From Acidobacteriota bacterium (GTDB lineage: Bacteria > Acidobacteriota > UBA6911 > RPQK01 > JAJDTT01), in assembly GCA_965217775.1 (NCBI GenBank), contig CBDCJH010000002.1, forward strand, positions 3,232,001-3,296,000: a stretch of 64,000 nucleotides of DNA, given 5' to 3'. How positions within the stretch are numbered: position 1 is the first letter of the stretch; each line of letters opens with the position of its first letter. The notes beneath the pieces were generated by a model. The model searched no databases. It worked only from the letters and a program-made list of their open reading frames with translations, and had not been told where the DNA came from. Below are positions 9,072 through 17,014 of the stretch, in pieces. The position numbers were made by a program, and so were the translations under genes.

Positions 9072-9493
9072 TCCCAAACCGATCCGTCGATTTTCTCAAA
9101 CTCCTCAAGTGCGGAATCCACCTCATCCGCCTCGGCCCGAGTCCAAGTCCCGATGAGATGATCCAGTGAAGACCCCACCGTGTCAGCATCTCCCGGACCT
9201 TCCCTTAGCAGTCCGTGGTGAAAGTCCCGCGAGCACCGAGACCGTTCCTGCGCCCGCCGGACAAGGCGCGATTCGGGTGCATACCGGGAGTATGTGCCCG
9301 AATCGCAACGCCGTCCGCCGGGATGCAGGGACGGTCGAATGCCGTGATGACTTTTGCCACGGGCTGTTAGACCGGCACCCTTCCTGAGCAGCTTCAGTAC
9401 AGTCTGATTCAGAGACTTCCCCTCTCGAATTGCGAGTCTTTGGATCCTTTCCGCCAAGTCGTCCCCGAAACCTCGAACCGTGAGCTGCTCCAT
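9068..9493 (-). CDS. Ribbon-helix-helix (FitA-like) antitoxin carrying an in-frame MITE insertion
   Basis: MEQLTVRGF..SLNQTVLKLL, with C-terminus LDHLIGTWT..FEKID..W. RBS AGGAGG. The 54-codon insert is MITE-1 plus its TSD. Confidence 0.8.
   Translation of the reverse strand: MEQLTVRGFGDDLAERIQRLAIREGKSLNQTVLKLLRKGAGLTARGKSHHGIRPSLHPGGRRCDSGTYSRYAPESRLVRRAQERSRCSRDFHHGLLREGPGDADTVGSSLDHLIGTWTRAEADEVDSALEEFEKIDGSVWE
9209..9366. mobile_element. MITE family 1, copy A (158 bp)
   Basis: Imperfect TIRs CAGTCCGTGGTGAAAGTC and GACTTTTGCCACGGGCTG. TSD TTAG (9205..9208 and 9367..9370). Homologous to 38464..38625. Confidence 0.88.
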
Positions 9494-9649
9494 ACCCCAT
9501 GACCTCCTATGACTCACTTTCTGAGTCCGTATGACTCATCTTACGGTCCATCGTCTACCGGTGGAAGGGAGAGGCGACTGCTTACCGTAGGTGACTCCGG
9601 TTTCACGGCATCGGACAGCCGGTAATGGCCCGGAGAATTCGAGCGAAGG

Positions 9650-9925
9650 TCAGGTGCCGCCGGTACCGCCTCTCCGCGATTCGTTGAGGACATCCAGGTG
9701 CGGCTGCCAATCCGGTTCCACCTTGGGCCCTTCCAATGCGTCGCACTCACGGAAGAAACGTTGCAGGTCCGCTGCCGACTCGAAGGGGACGGAACGCGGT
9801 TTGTCCGCGAGCCGCTGGCGCGCGGCGGCTATCAGCCAAGCACTCAACGACATGCCCTCGATTCGCGCCTCCTGGACGAAACGGTCGCGGTCTTCATCGG
9901 GGATCAGGAGCTGAACTCTGGCCAT
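9650..9925 (-). CDS. Orphan CopG/RHH-like antitoxin
   Basis: MARVQLLIPDEDRDRFVQEARIEGMSLSAWL. Upstream palindrome GTGTAT-N5-ATACAC (9947..9963). Confidence 0.7.
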   Translation of the reverse strand: MARVQLLIPDEDRDRFVQEARIEGMSLSAWLIAAARQRLADKPRSVPFESAADLQRFFRECDALEGPKVEPDWQPHLDVLNESRRGGTGGT

Positions 9926-10159
9926 GGCACCAACCTGTAGCAGAATGTGTATGAAATATACACCTCCTGTTCCCGGGCGAAGAGTGTCCGGCCAAGCTGC
10001 AATCGGTGACTGGTTTTGCCCGGAATGAGCGGCAACCCTCCCTCCGAAAGCCAAAACGGCAAGCCCGCATTTCAAGCCAGGAGCTACGAATCTCCCAGTG
10101 CTATCCCCCATACCGATCGGATGTCCCGGAGTCGGTTTTGATCCGTAGTCCGGGGTTCG

Positions 10160-10564
10160 TCAGAACAATTCGCTGAGCGCCTCTTCGGGGCAGATCGCCG
10201 GGATCGGCGAGCGCCGGAAGGCCTTCATGTTCCTCGTCACAATGTACCGGGCCCCGCAGGCATCCGCGGCGGCGACCTGCATGGCGTCCTCGAAATCGGT
10301 CATTGGAAGTGCGGCTGCGTAACGAATCGCTTCAGTGCCAGTTTCTGCGACCTCCACGAAGCGGGTCATTTCCAGGATGAAATCGCGCGCCGTACTCTCC
10401 CCGCGTGTGGGAGCCACCATGTAGAAGAAGTTCGACACCGAATGCCATGCGATAAACGCTTTCCGGTAGCCATGCTCGAGCCGGTCGAGAATCTCCGAGG
10501 CCAAGTCCGAGTGGGGACGCTTGTCGAGCGCGACGTCGATGAGGACATCGGTACCAAGAAGCAT
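10160..10564 (-). CDS. PIN-domain (VapC-like) toxin, first conserved Asp apparently replaced by Gly
   Basis: LLGTDVLID, DFEDAMQ, IVTRN. Translationally coupled to the upstream antitoxin. Confidence 0.85.
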   Translation of the reverse strand: MLLGTDVLIDVALDKRPHSDLASEILDRLEHGYRKAFIAWHSVSNFFYMVAPTRGESTARDFILEMTRFVEVAETGTEAIRYAAALPMTDFEDAMQVAAADACGARYIVTRNMKAFRRSPIPAICPEEALSELF

Positions 10565-10785
10565 CAGAGATACTTTCTGGCCAGCTTGTCATAGCGCAGG
10601 TCGTCATGGTGTGCCGCCCGAAGCCGACCCCGCCACCGCGAGGAGAAGGAGGGTGTGTCCTCTCCTGCCATATCTCGGAGCGATTGTTCGATGAGCGACG
10701 ACAGCGACACCCGGCGAGACCGCGCATAAAGCTTGGCCCTGGGGATCAACTCGGCATCCACCGTGATCGTCAGCTTCTTCTTCAT
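10564..10785 (-). CDS. DUF6364-like antitoxin
   Basis: MKKKLTITVDAELIPRAKLYA..SLSSLIE..LARKYL. Confidence 0.85.
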   Translation of the reverse strand: MKKKLTITVDAELIPRAKLYARSRRVSLSSLIEQSLRDMAGEDTPSFSSRWRGRLRAAHHDDLRYDKLARKYL

Positions 10786-10815
10786 CTCTGATCATCGTCC
10801 TCCCCGAAAATGAAG

Positions 10816-10844
10816 ATACGTATAGTATCCACCAGTATACGTAT
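10816..10844. promoter_or_regulatory. TA autoregulatory operator candidate
   Basis: Inverted repeat ATACGTATA..TATACGTAT (two ATACGTAT palindromes) just upstream of the antitoxin. Confidence 0.55.
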
Positions 10845-10970
10845 TAGCCTCTTGTGTTCAAATTCTGACGAATCAGCGTCTTGCCCACTCGCCCCGAAGT
10901 TTGACGTACACGGAGCTGGGGGTTGACCAGCTACTCCATATAACGAAAATTACAGAAGAAGGACGATCCA

Positions 10971-11198
10971 ATGCTTTCATTCAAGGTAACCACCGTCGGC
11001 ACCTCGTCCGGCATCATTCTGACCAAGGCGGCAATGGCAAGGCTCAGAGTGAAGAAGGGCGACACTCTCTATCTCACTGAAGCCCCGGACGGGGCTTGGC
11101 GAATAACACCTTACAACCCCGAATTCGCCCGCCAGATGAAAATGGCCGATGAGATCATGCATGACGATCGTGAGGTTTTGAGGGCTCTGGCAAAGTGA
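10971..11198 (+). CDS. AbrB/MazE/SpoVT-family antitoxin (Doc-associated type)
   Basis: KVTTVGTSSGIIL..LRVKKGDTLYLTEAPDG..ITPYNPEF..LRALAK. Confidence 0.88.
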   Translation: MLSFKVTTVGTSSGIILTKAAMARLRVKKGDTLYLTEAPDGAWRITPYNPEFARQMKMADEIMHDDREVLRALAK

Positions 11199-11440
11199 GC
11201 ATCCAGAAAACTACGGGGCGCGACAAGTGGCGCTCGAATGCCCCGAGTGTCGGCCTTGGGATCCATGACCGGCAACTCACAGAGCACCGCGGGGCGGACG
11301 CATCTGTGATTGAGGAGTAATCGAATCGGCGCTGTCCCGCTCGAAACTTCTCGAGCAAGGACGCATCCCCGGCGGAGCCCAACCTGTTACACCCTACGTT
11401 TTGGAAATGCCGGGGACCATGGTTTTGCTGTTCGGCGACT
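11195..11440 (+). pseudogene. Degraded death-on-curing (Doc) toxin remnant
   Basis: Fragments in several frames read IHDRQLTEH.G, IESALSR and FGNAGDHGF, matching the Doc N-terminal half. Frameshifts and stops present. Confidence 0.55.
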
Positions 11441-11586
11441 CATTTCCGATGAGTGGTTCCCGGCAATGCATCGTGCCTGTTTCGCGTTGGATCCACTGAT
11501 CCGGCCCACTTCGGGAGGAGCCTGAGCCTGCCAGGACGAGTGACCTATGCGTGTCCATCCGTGGTGTCCATACTCAGTTGATGACA

Positions 11587-11618
11587 ATGTCAGATTATTT
11601 AGTGGTATACTCTGACAT
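11587..11618. promoter_or_regulatory. Operator candidate upstream of the XRE-ImmA gene
   Basis: ATGTCAGA-N16-TCTGACAT inverted repeat. Confidence 0.45.
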
Positions 11619-11731
11619 CATGAGTGACGGGCCACACAGAAGCCGTGGCATGCGTCCGGCATGGAAGAGCTTCTTGGATTCGTTGGGTCCAAAATCTTTC
11701 GTGGTGAAATGGGCTATGGGGGTGCAATGGC

Positions 11732-12910
11732 ATGCTACTAACAGATTTGATTCCTGCTGATATCGGCGCACGTCTTCGGCTGGCTCGGGAGGTCGCTGGA
11801 ATCACCCAAGCCAATGCGGCGATGAAGATTGCTGTCGCACGTACAACGTTGATCGCGATAGAAAAGGGCCAGCGACGCATTCGCACGGAAGAATTACAGA
11901 AATTAGCAATATTGTACGACACTTCTGTAAACGCGCTCCTGCGGCGCGAAGCCGTACACATCGATCTCGTTCCCCGTTTTAGAAAACACATTGGAACCGG
12001 CAATGAGGCATTGAACGCTGCAGCTCAATTGCTGGAAAACCTGGTAAAAGCTGAAGTCGAACTTGAGAACATTCTAGGAATCAAGCGCACTCGCAACTAC
12101 CCGCCTGAGCGGCCTCTGCTGCGAGGCAATGTTCGTGCGCAAGCCGAGAATGATGCAATTGAACTCCGGCATTGGTTGGGGTTGGGACTGGCTCCGGTTC
12201 GTGAACCGGTAACGCTGCTAGAGTTGGAGCTTGGAGTCCGAGTCTACATTCGGCCGCTGAAAGGTATGGTGTCCGGGTTGTTCGCGTATGACGAGGACGT
12301 AGGAGCATGCATGCTCTTGAACGCCAACCACCCGCGTGAACGTCGAAATCAAAGCTGTGTACATGAACTGGGACATCTCGTATCCACCCGTCGGACACCC
12401 GAAGTGCTGCGTACTGATAGATCGGGGACCTCACGTGCGGAACGTTATGCGGATGAGTTCGGTCGGGCCTTTATAACGCCCGCGCGGGCCGTGATGCGAA
12501 AATTCCAAGAAATCACGGCAGGATCATCGAAACTTACCCGTCGACACGTGATCGTGCTGGCTCATGCGTTCGTAGTGTCGCGTGAAGCCATAGTACGGCG
12601 TCTTGAAGAACTTGGACTCACCAAGCAAGGTACGTGGGATTGGTTTCAGGCAAACGGAGGGATTTCGAATGATCAGGCACGGCGGGTTCTGGGCGACCTG
12701 ATCACTGCTGACACTCACGAGCTCGAAAAGCGCCGACCAACGGCACTGAGGTTGATTCTGTTGGCCGAAGAAGCATGGAGGCAAGCACTGCTTAGCGAAG
12801 GACAGCTCTCTAGTCTTCTTCATCTTGATCGTGTCTCACTACGTAAAATCCTGGACGACGCAGAGACCGAAGGGATCGAGATGAATGCAGGGGCTCAGCT
12901 GCGTTACTGA
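11732..12910 (+). CDS. XRE HTH + ImmA/IrrE-family (COG2856/DUF955) metallopeptidase fusion
   Basis: N-terminal HTH (RLRLAREVAGITQ..IEKGQR), HELGH zinc motif, ERYADEFG. Confidence 0.92.
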   Translation: MLLTDLIPADIGARLRLAREVAGITQANAAMKIAVARTTLIAIEKGQRRIRTEELQKLAILYDTSVNALLRREAVHIDLVPRFRKHIGTGNEALNAAAQLLENLVKAEVELENILGIKRTRNYPPERPLLRGNVRAQAENDAIELRHWLGLGLAPVREPVTLLELELGVRVYIRPLKGMVSGLFAYDEDVGACMLLNANHPRERRNQSCVHELGHLVSTRRTPEVLRTDRSGTSRAERYADEFGRAFITPARAVMRKFQEITAGSSKLTRRHVIVLAHAFVVSREAIVRRLEELGLTKQGTWDWFQANGGISNDQARRVLGDLITADTHELEKRRPTALRLILLAEEAWRQALLSEGQLSSLLHLDRVSLRKILDDAETEGIEMNAGAQLRY

Positions 12911-13514
12911 TCCCTCCGGTCTCTTGGTCGCCGACACAAGCGTCATCATCAATCTGAACGCATCGCAGTGTGCTAAAGACATACTCGACGCCTTGCCAAA
13001 CCAAGTTTTTGTCGTTGAAGAAGTCTCGCAGGAGCTTGAGCGTGGACGGCAATTTGGGTGGACCCACGCAGACGCCCTATTGGCTCTCATCAAATCCCAG
13101 CGTATTGCAATCGTACGGTTAGGCGAGATAGGGCAGCATTATTTCGAGAGGCTCGTAGCTGGCGCTGCTTCTCAGACACTAGATGACGGCGAGGCCGCGA
13201 CAATCGCGTACGCGCTTGAGACCGGCGCCACGCCCCTCATTGACGAACGAAAAGCCCACAGGATCTGTGCGGAACGTTTTCCGGCGATGGCGGTTGGATG
13301 CACCGGCGATCTTCTCGCCCACGACAAAGTCCAGCAAGTCCTTGGTCGTGAGATCCTCGCCGAAGCCGTCTACAACGCTCTTCAAGGTGGTCGCATGCGA
13401 GTCATGGCAGATTTTCTCGCTTGGACGGTAGAATTGATTGGTCCTGATCGGGCGGCAAATTGCCCGTCCCTCCCAAGATCAGTCCGTAGCCAGTTCTCAT
13501 CCGGAAAGCTGTAA
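12885..13514 (+). CDS. PIN-like domain protein coupled to the XRE-ImmA gene
   Basis: LVADTSVIINL, LDDGEAATIAYA, LIDERKA. Confidence 0.85.
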   Translation: MQGLSCVTDPSGLLVADTSVIINLNASQCAKDILDALPNQVFVVEEVSQELERGRQFGWTHADALLALIKSQRIAIVRLGEIGQHYFERLVAGAASQTLDDGEAATIAYALETGATPLIDERKAHRICAERFPAMAVGCTGDLLAHDKVQQVLGREILAEAVYNALQGGRMRVMADFLAWTVELIGPDRAANCPSLPRSVRSQFSSGKL

Positions 13515-13676
13515 GTTATTGGGAAATATTGTTCGGCACCGGCCCAATACCCAGACGCGCCCTGGCGAAGCGAGTGCGACTGAAGTTTCTCCCCAAACGG
13601 CGCCGGCAAGCGGAAGGTCGTATGCGCTGAACCCCCTTCAAGACTTCCACCAATATTTGGTTTAGACTACGCGCCA

Positions 13677-14612
13677 ATGTGCGGTATTGTCGGGTACCTG
13701 AACCGTAGCGGCTCCGGCGCCGGCGCCCCCATCGGGTCGATCCTCCTGGGGATGCTCAAGAGCCTGGACTGCCGGGGACCCGACTCGGCCGGCGTCGCCA
13801 TCTTCGGCCCGACCCGGACGCCGAACCTCAAGCTGCGGATCAAGTTGAACGGCGCGAGCGACCTCCGCGACTCGGCCGACCGGGTGCGCACCATCATCTC
13901 TCGCCGGCTTCCCGTCCTGGACGCGGCCGTCGTCCACGAATACCTGCAACTGCTCGTGGGACCGGTGGAAGACGCCGAGTCCGTTCTGCCCCGGCTGGAG
14001 CGGGACCTGGAGGATTACGAGTTGGTCAGCGGCGGCCGTCAGTTGGAGATCGTCAAGCAGGTCGGGTCGCCCACCCATCTGGACACCGGCTACGGGGTCT
14101 CCGGACTGACCGGGACCCACGGCATCGGGCACACCCGCCTTTCCACCGAGAGCCGCGTCGACCTGAGCCACTCCCAGCCCTTCGGAGTCCACGGCGTCGC
14201 CGACCTGGCCACGGTCCACAACGGACACATCACCAACTACCACAAGCTGCGGGGCCGCTATGAACAGATGGGCGTCCGCTTCTTCACCGAGAACGACTCG
14301 GAAGTCATTGGCGTCTATCTCGCCCACCAGATGTCCCTGGGCCGGACTTTCCGGGAGGCGCTGGAGTCCTCCCTGGACGACTTCGACGGCTCCTTCTCCT
14401 ATCTGGCCGCCTCCGGCACCGAGTTGGCCTACGCCAAGGACCGGTTCGGATTCAAGCCCCTGCTGGTGGCCGAGTCGGAGGACTGGGTTGCCATCGCCAC
14501 CGAAGAGATCGCCCTCCGGTCCACTCTGACCGGGGATTTCGACGCCCTGGAGCCAGGAGTGAACCAGGTCCGGATCTGGTCCCTGCCCCAGCCGGTCGCG
14601 GAGACGGCGTGA
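13677..14612 (+). CDS. mgsA: Class II glutamine amidotransferase; N-methylglutamate synthase subunit A
   Basis: MCGIVG, RGPDSAG, GHTRLSTES, HNG, NDSEV, plus cluster context. Confidence 0.85.
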   Translation: MCGIVGYLNRSGSGAGAPIGSILLGMLKSLDCRGPDSAGVAIFGPTRTPNLKLRIKLNGASDLRDSADRVRTIISRRLPVLDAAVVHEYLQLLVGPVEDAESVLPRLERDLEDYELVSGGRQLEIVKQVGSPTHLDTGYGVSGLTGTHGIGHTRLSTESRVDLSHSQPFGVHGVADLATVHNGHITNYHKLRGRYEQMGVRFFTENDSEVIGVYLAHQMSLGRTFREALESSLDDFDGSFSYLAASGTELAYAKDRFGFKPLLVAESEDWVAIATEEIALRSTLTGDFDALEPGVNQVRIWSLPQPVAETA

Positions 14613-15304
14613 TGGGAGCCGACGTGAGGGCCGGTGACCGGAGTTCCCGGGAGATCAACCAACAGATCAAGGATCTGATCCGATCGGGGGAGACCCGAAT
14701 CCGGGTCCGCCAGACTCAGGCCCAGCACAACCTGGCCGTGGGGATTCTCTCTCCCGTCTCCATCTCCTTCGAAGGCAGCGTGGGCTACTATTGCGGCGGC
14801 CTCATGGACGGGCCCGACCTGCAGATCCTGGGCAGCGCGGGATGGGGCCTGGGGGAATCCATGGCCGCGGGCACCATCCAGGTGCTCGGAAACGCCGGCA
14901 ACGGGTGCGCCGCCACCATCCGCGGCGGCACCGTCGTGGTCCGCGGCAGCACGGCGGCCCGGGCGGGCATCAGCATGAAGGGGGGGCTCCTCATCATCGG
15001 CGGCAACTGCGGCTACATGACCGGATTCATGAGTCAGAAGGGGACGGTTATCGTCTGCGGAAACGCGGGCCCCGGCCTGGGCGACTCCATGTACGAGGGC
15101 CGGCTCTTCATCGGGGGCGAGATCCAGGAACTGGGCAACGACGCCGTGGTCGAAGAACCGGACCAGGAGGAATGGGACTTCCTGACCCGGAATCTGGCGC
15201 CCCGGGGCTTCCCGGTTCCCGCCTCCTTCAAGAAGGTCGTTTCCGGGCGGCGCCTCTGGAACTTCAACCGCAAGGAGCGGGATCTCTGGAAGGAGGTCTT
15301 GTGA
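14609..15304 (+). CDS. mgsB: GXGXG-domain protein; N-methylglutamate synthase subunit B
   Basis: GltB C-terminal-like beta-helix repeats (GSVGYYCGG, RAGISMKGG, LGDSMYEG). Confidence 0.85.
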   Translation: MMGADVRAGDRSSREINQQIKDLIRSGETRIRVRQTQAQHNLAVGILSPVSISFEGSVGYYCGGLMDGPDLQILGSAGWGLGESMAAGTIQVLGNAGNGCAATIRGGTVVVRGSTAARAGISMKGGLLIIGGNCGYMTGFMSQKGTVIVCGNAGPGLGDSMYEGRLFIGGEIQELGNDAVVEEPDQEEWDFLTRNLAPRGFPVPASFKKVVSGRRLWNFNRKERDLWKEVL

Positions 15305-16641
15305 CGGAACCGAGAACGACCCGGCAGAGCGGAATCTACAGCCCCGACGTGATCGAGGACATCCAGACCAAGGCGGAGCTGGGACGCTACCGGATACGCG
15401 GTTTCGGAACCTTGCGGACCCGTCCCATGCCCACCCTGGACGACCTGGTGTTCATCCCCTGCACCCTGACCCGGATCCCGCTGGAGGGATACCGGGAGAG
15501 GTGCAGCACCCGCACCGTGCTGGGGACGCGCCACGCCCGCAAGCCCATCGTCCTGGACACCCCGGTCATGGTGACGGGGATGAGCTACGGCGCCCTCTCC
15601 TACAACGCCAAGGTGGCCCTGGCCCAGGGAGCGTCCCGGGTCGGCTCCTCCACCACCACCGGAGACGGGGGCATGCTTCCGGCCGAACGGGAGCACTCCA
15701 AGATCCTGATCTACGAGGTCCTCCCCAGCCGTTACGGCATCGACGTCCATCACATGAAGATGGCCGACGGCATCGAGCTGACCATCGGCCAGGGTGCCAA
15801 GCCGGGCACCGGCGGAATGCTGCTGGGCTCCAAGGTTTCCAGCGAGATCGCCGGCATGCGGGACCTTCCCGACGGAGTCGATCAGCGGAGCCCCTGCCGG
15901 CACCCCGACTTCCTGGGTCCCGACGACATGATCATCAAGATCGAGGAACTGCGGGAGGCCACCGACTGGCAAGTGCCCATCTTCGTCAAGATGGGGGCCA
16001 CGCGGGTCTACGACGACGTCAAGCTGGCGGCCAAGGCGGGGGCCGACGTGGTGGTGGTCGACGGCATGGAGGGAGGGACCGGCGCCTCACCCGACATGCT
16101 CATGGACCACACCGGCATCCCCACGCTGGCGGCGGTCTGCGAGGCCCGCGCCGCCCTGGAGGACCTGGGCCTCTTCGGGGAGGTGCAGTTGATCATGGCG
16201 GGAGGCATCCGCAGCGGCACCGACGTGGCCAAGGCCCTGGCCCTGGGCGCCGACGCCATCTACATGGGGACGGCCTTCCTGATCGCCCTCAACTGCAACA
16301 AGCCCATCTACGTGGAGGACTACCACGAGCTGGGGACCGAGCCCTACTCCTGCCACCACTGCCACACCGGGCTCTGTCCCGTGGGGATCACCACCCAGGA
16401 TCCGGAGCTCGTCGCCCGTTTGCCCATCGACGAAGCGGCCGACCGGGTGGCCAACTTCTTCCAGGCCATGAACTCGGAGATCCAGATGCTGGCCCGGGCC
16501 TGCGGCAAGTCCGACATCCACGATCTGGACCCGGAGGACCTCCGGGCGCTGACCCTGGAGTCCTCCATGATCGCCGGAGTGCCTCTGGTGGGAACCCGCC
16601 GGGTCTTCGGAGGCGGAGCCGGTTGGAAGGAATCCCATTGA
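15301..16641 (+). CDS. mgsC: FMN-binding glutamate synthase family protein; N-methylglutamate synthase subunit C
   Basis: GTG start overlapping the previous stop. MSYGALS, GQGAKPG, DGMEGGTGA, CHTGLCPVGITTQDP. Confidence 0.88.
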   Translation: MTEPRTTRQSGIYSPDVIEDIQTKAELGRYRIRGFGTLRTRPMPTLDDLVFIPCTLTRIPLEGYRERCSTRTVLGTRHARKPIVLDTPVMVTGMSYGALSYNAKVALAQGASRVGSSTTTGDGGMLPAEREHSKILIYEVLPSRYGIDVHHMKMADGIELTIGQGAKPGTGGMLLGSKVSSEIAGMRDLPDGVDQRSPCRHPDFLGPDDMIIKIEELREATDWQVPIFVKMGATRVYDDVKLAAKAGADVVVVDGMEGGTGASPDMLMDHTGIPTLAAVCEARAALEDLGLFGEVQLIMAGGIRSGTDVAKALALGADAIYMGTAFLIALNCNKPIYVEDYHELGTEPYSCHHCHTGLCPVGITTQDPELVARLPIDEAADRVANFFQAMNSEIQMLARACGKSDIHDLDPEDLRALTLESSMIAGVPLVGTRRVFGGGAGWKESH

Positions 16642-16714
16642 GCGGCCACTCCCGCATACGATTCGGCCACACCGTCCCGGAGCCACACCACCATTTCTCT
16701 GCCGGGAGTCTTCC

Positions 16715-17014
16715 GTGTCCTTTCTGATGACCTGTCCCAACTGCGGACCCCGTTCCGCCTACGAGTTCCACTGCGCCGGCGAGTACCAGAAGCGACCCGC
16801 GCAAGGGGCGCCGGAGCGGGATTGGGCCCGCTACCGCTATTTCCGGAAGAACCATCCCGGGGAGCAACTGGAGTGGTGGCTCCACTCCACGGGCTGCCGC
16901 TGCTGGTTCCTGGCCCGGCGCGTCGTCGCCACCAACCAAGTGATCTCCAGTTTCTGGCCCCACGAGCTGGGCGAGTCCGGGACCGGACCCGGCGGAGGTG
17001 GACAGGCGTCATGA
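16715..17014 (+). CDS. soxD: Sarcosine oxidase delta-like subunit (N-methylglutamate dehydrogenase MgdB-like)
   Basis: CPNCGPR..EF and EWWLH..GC..WF zinc motifs. Confidence 0.9.
   Translation: MSFLMTCPNCGPRSAYEFHCAGEYQKRPAQGAPERDWARYRYFRKNHPGEQLEWWLHSTGCRCWFLARRVVATNQVISSFWPHELGESGTGPGGGGQAS

Noticed and set aside
14791-15300. ORF-track N-terminal extensions (mgsC from 14791, soxA from 16822, soxG from 19185, amidohydrolases from 31490 and 33099, methyltransferase to 40718, UDG from 48676)
   Set aside because: They overlap upstream genes in another frame. Better starts with coupling or an RBS exist downstream, so these are not fusions.
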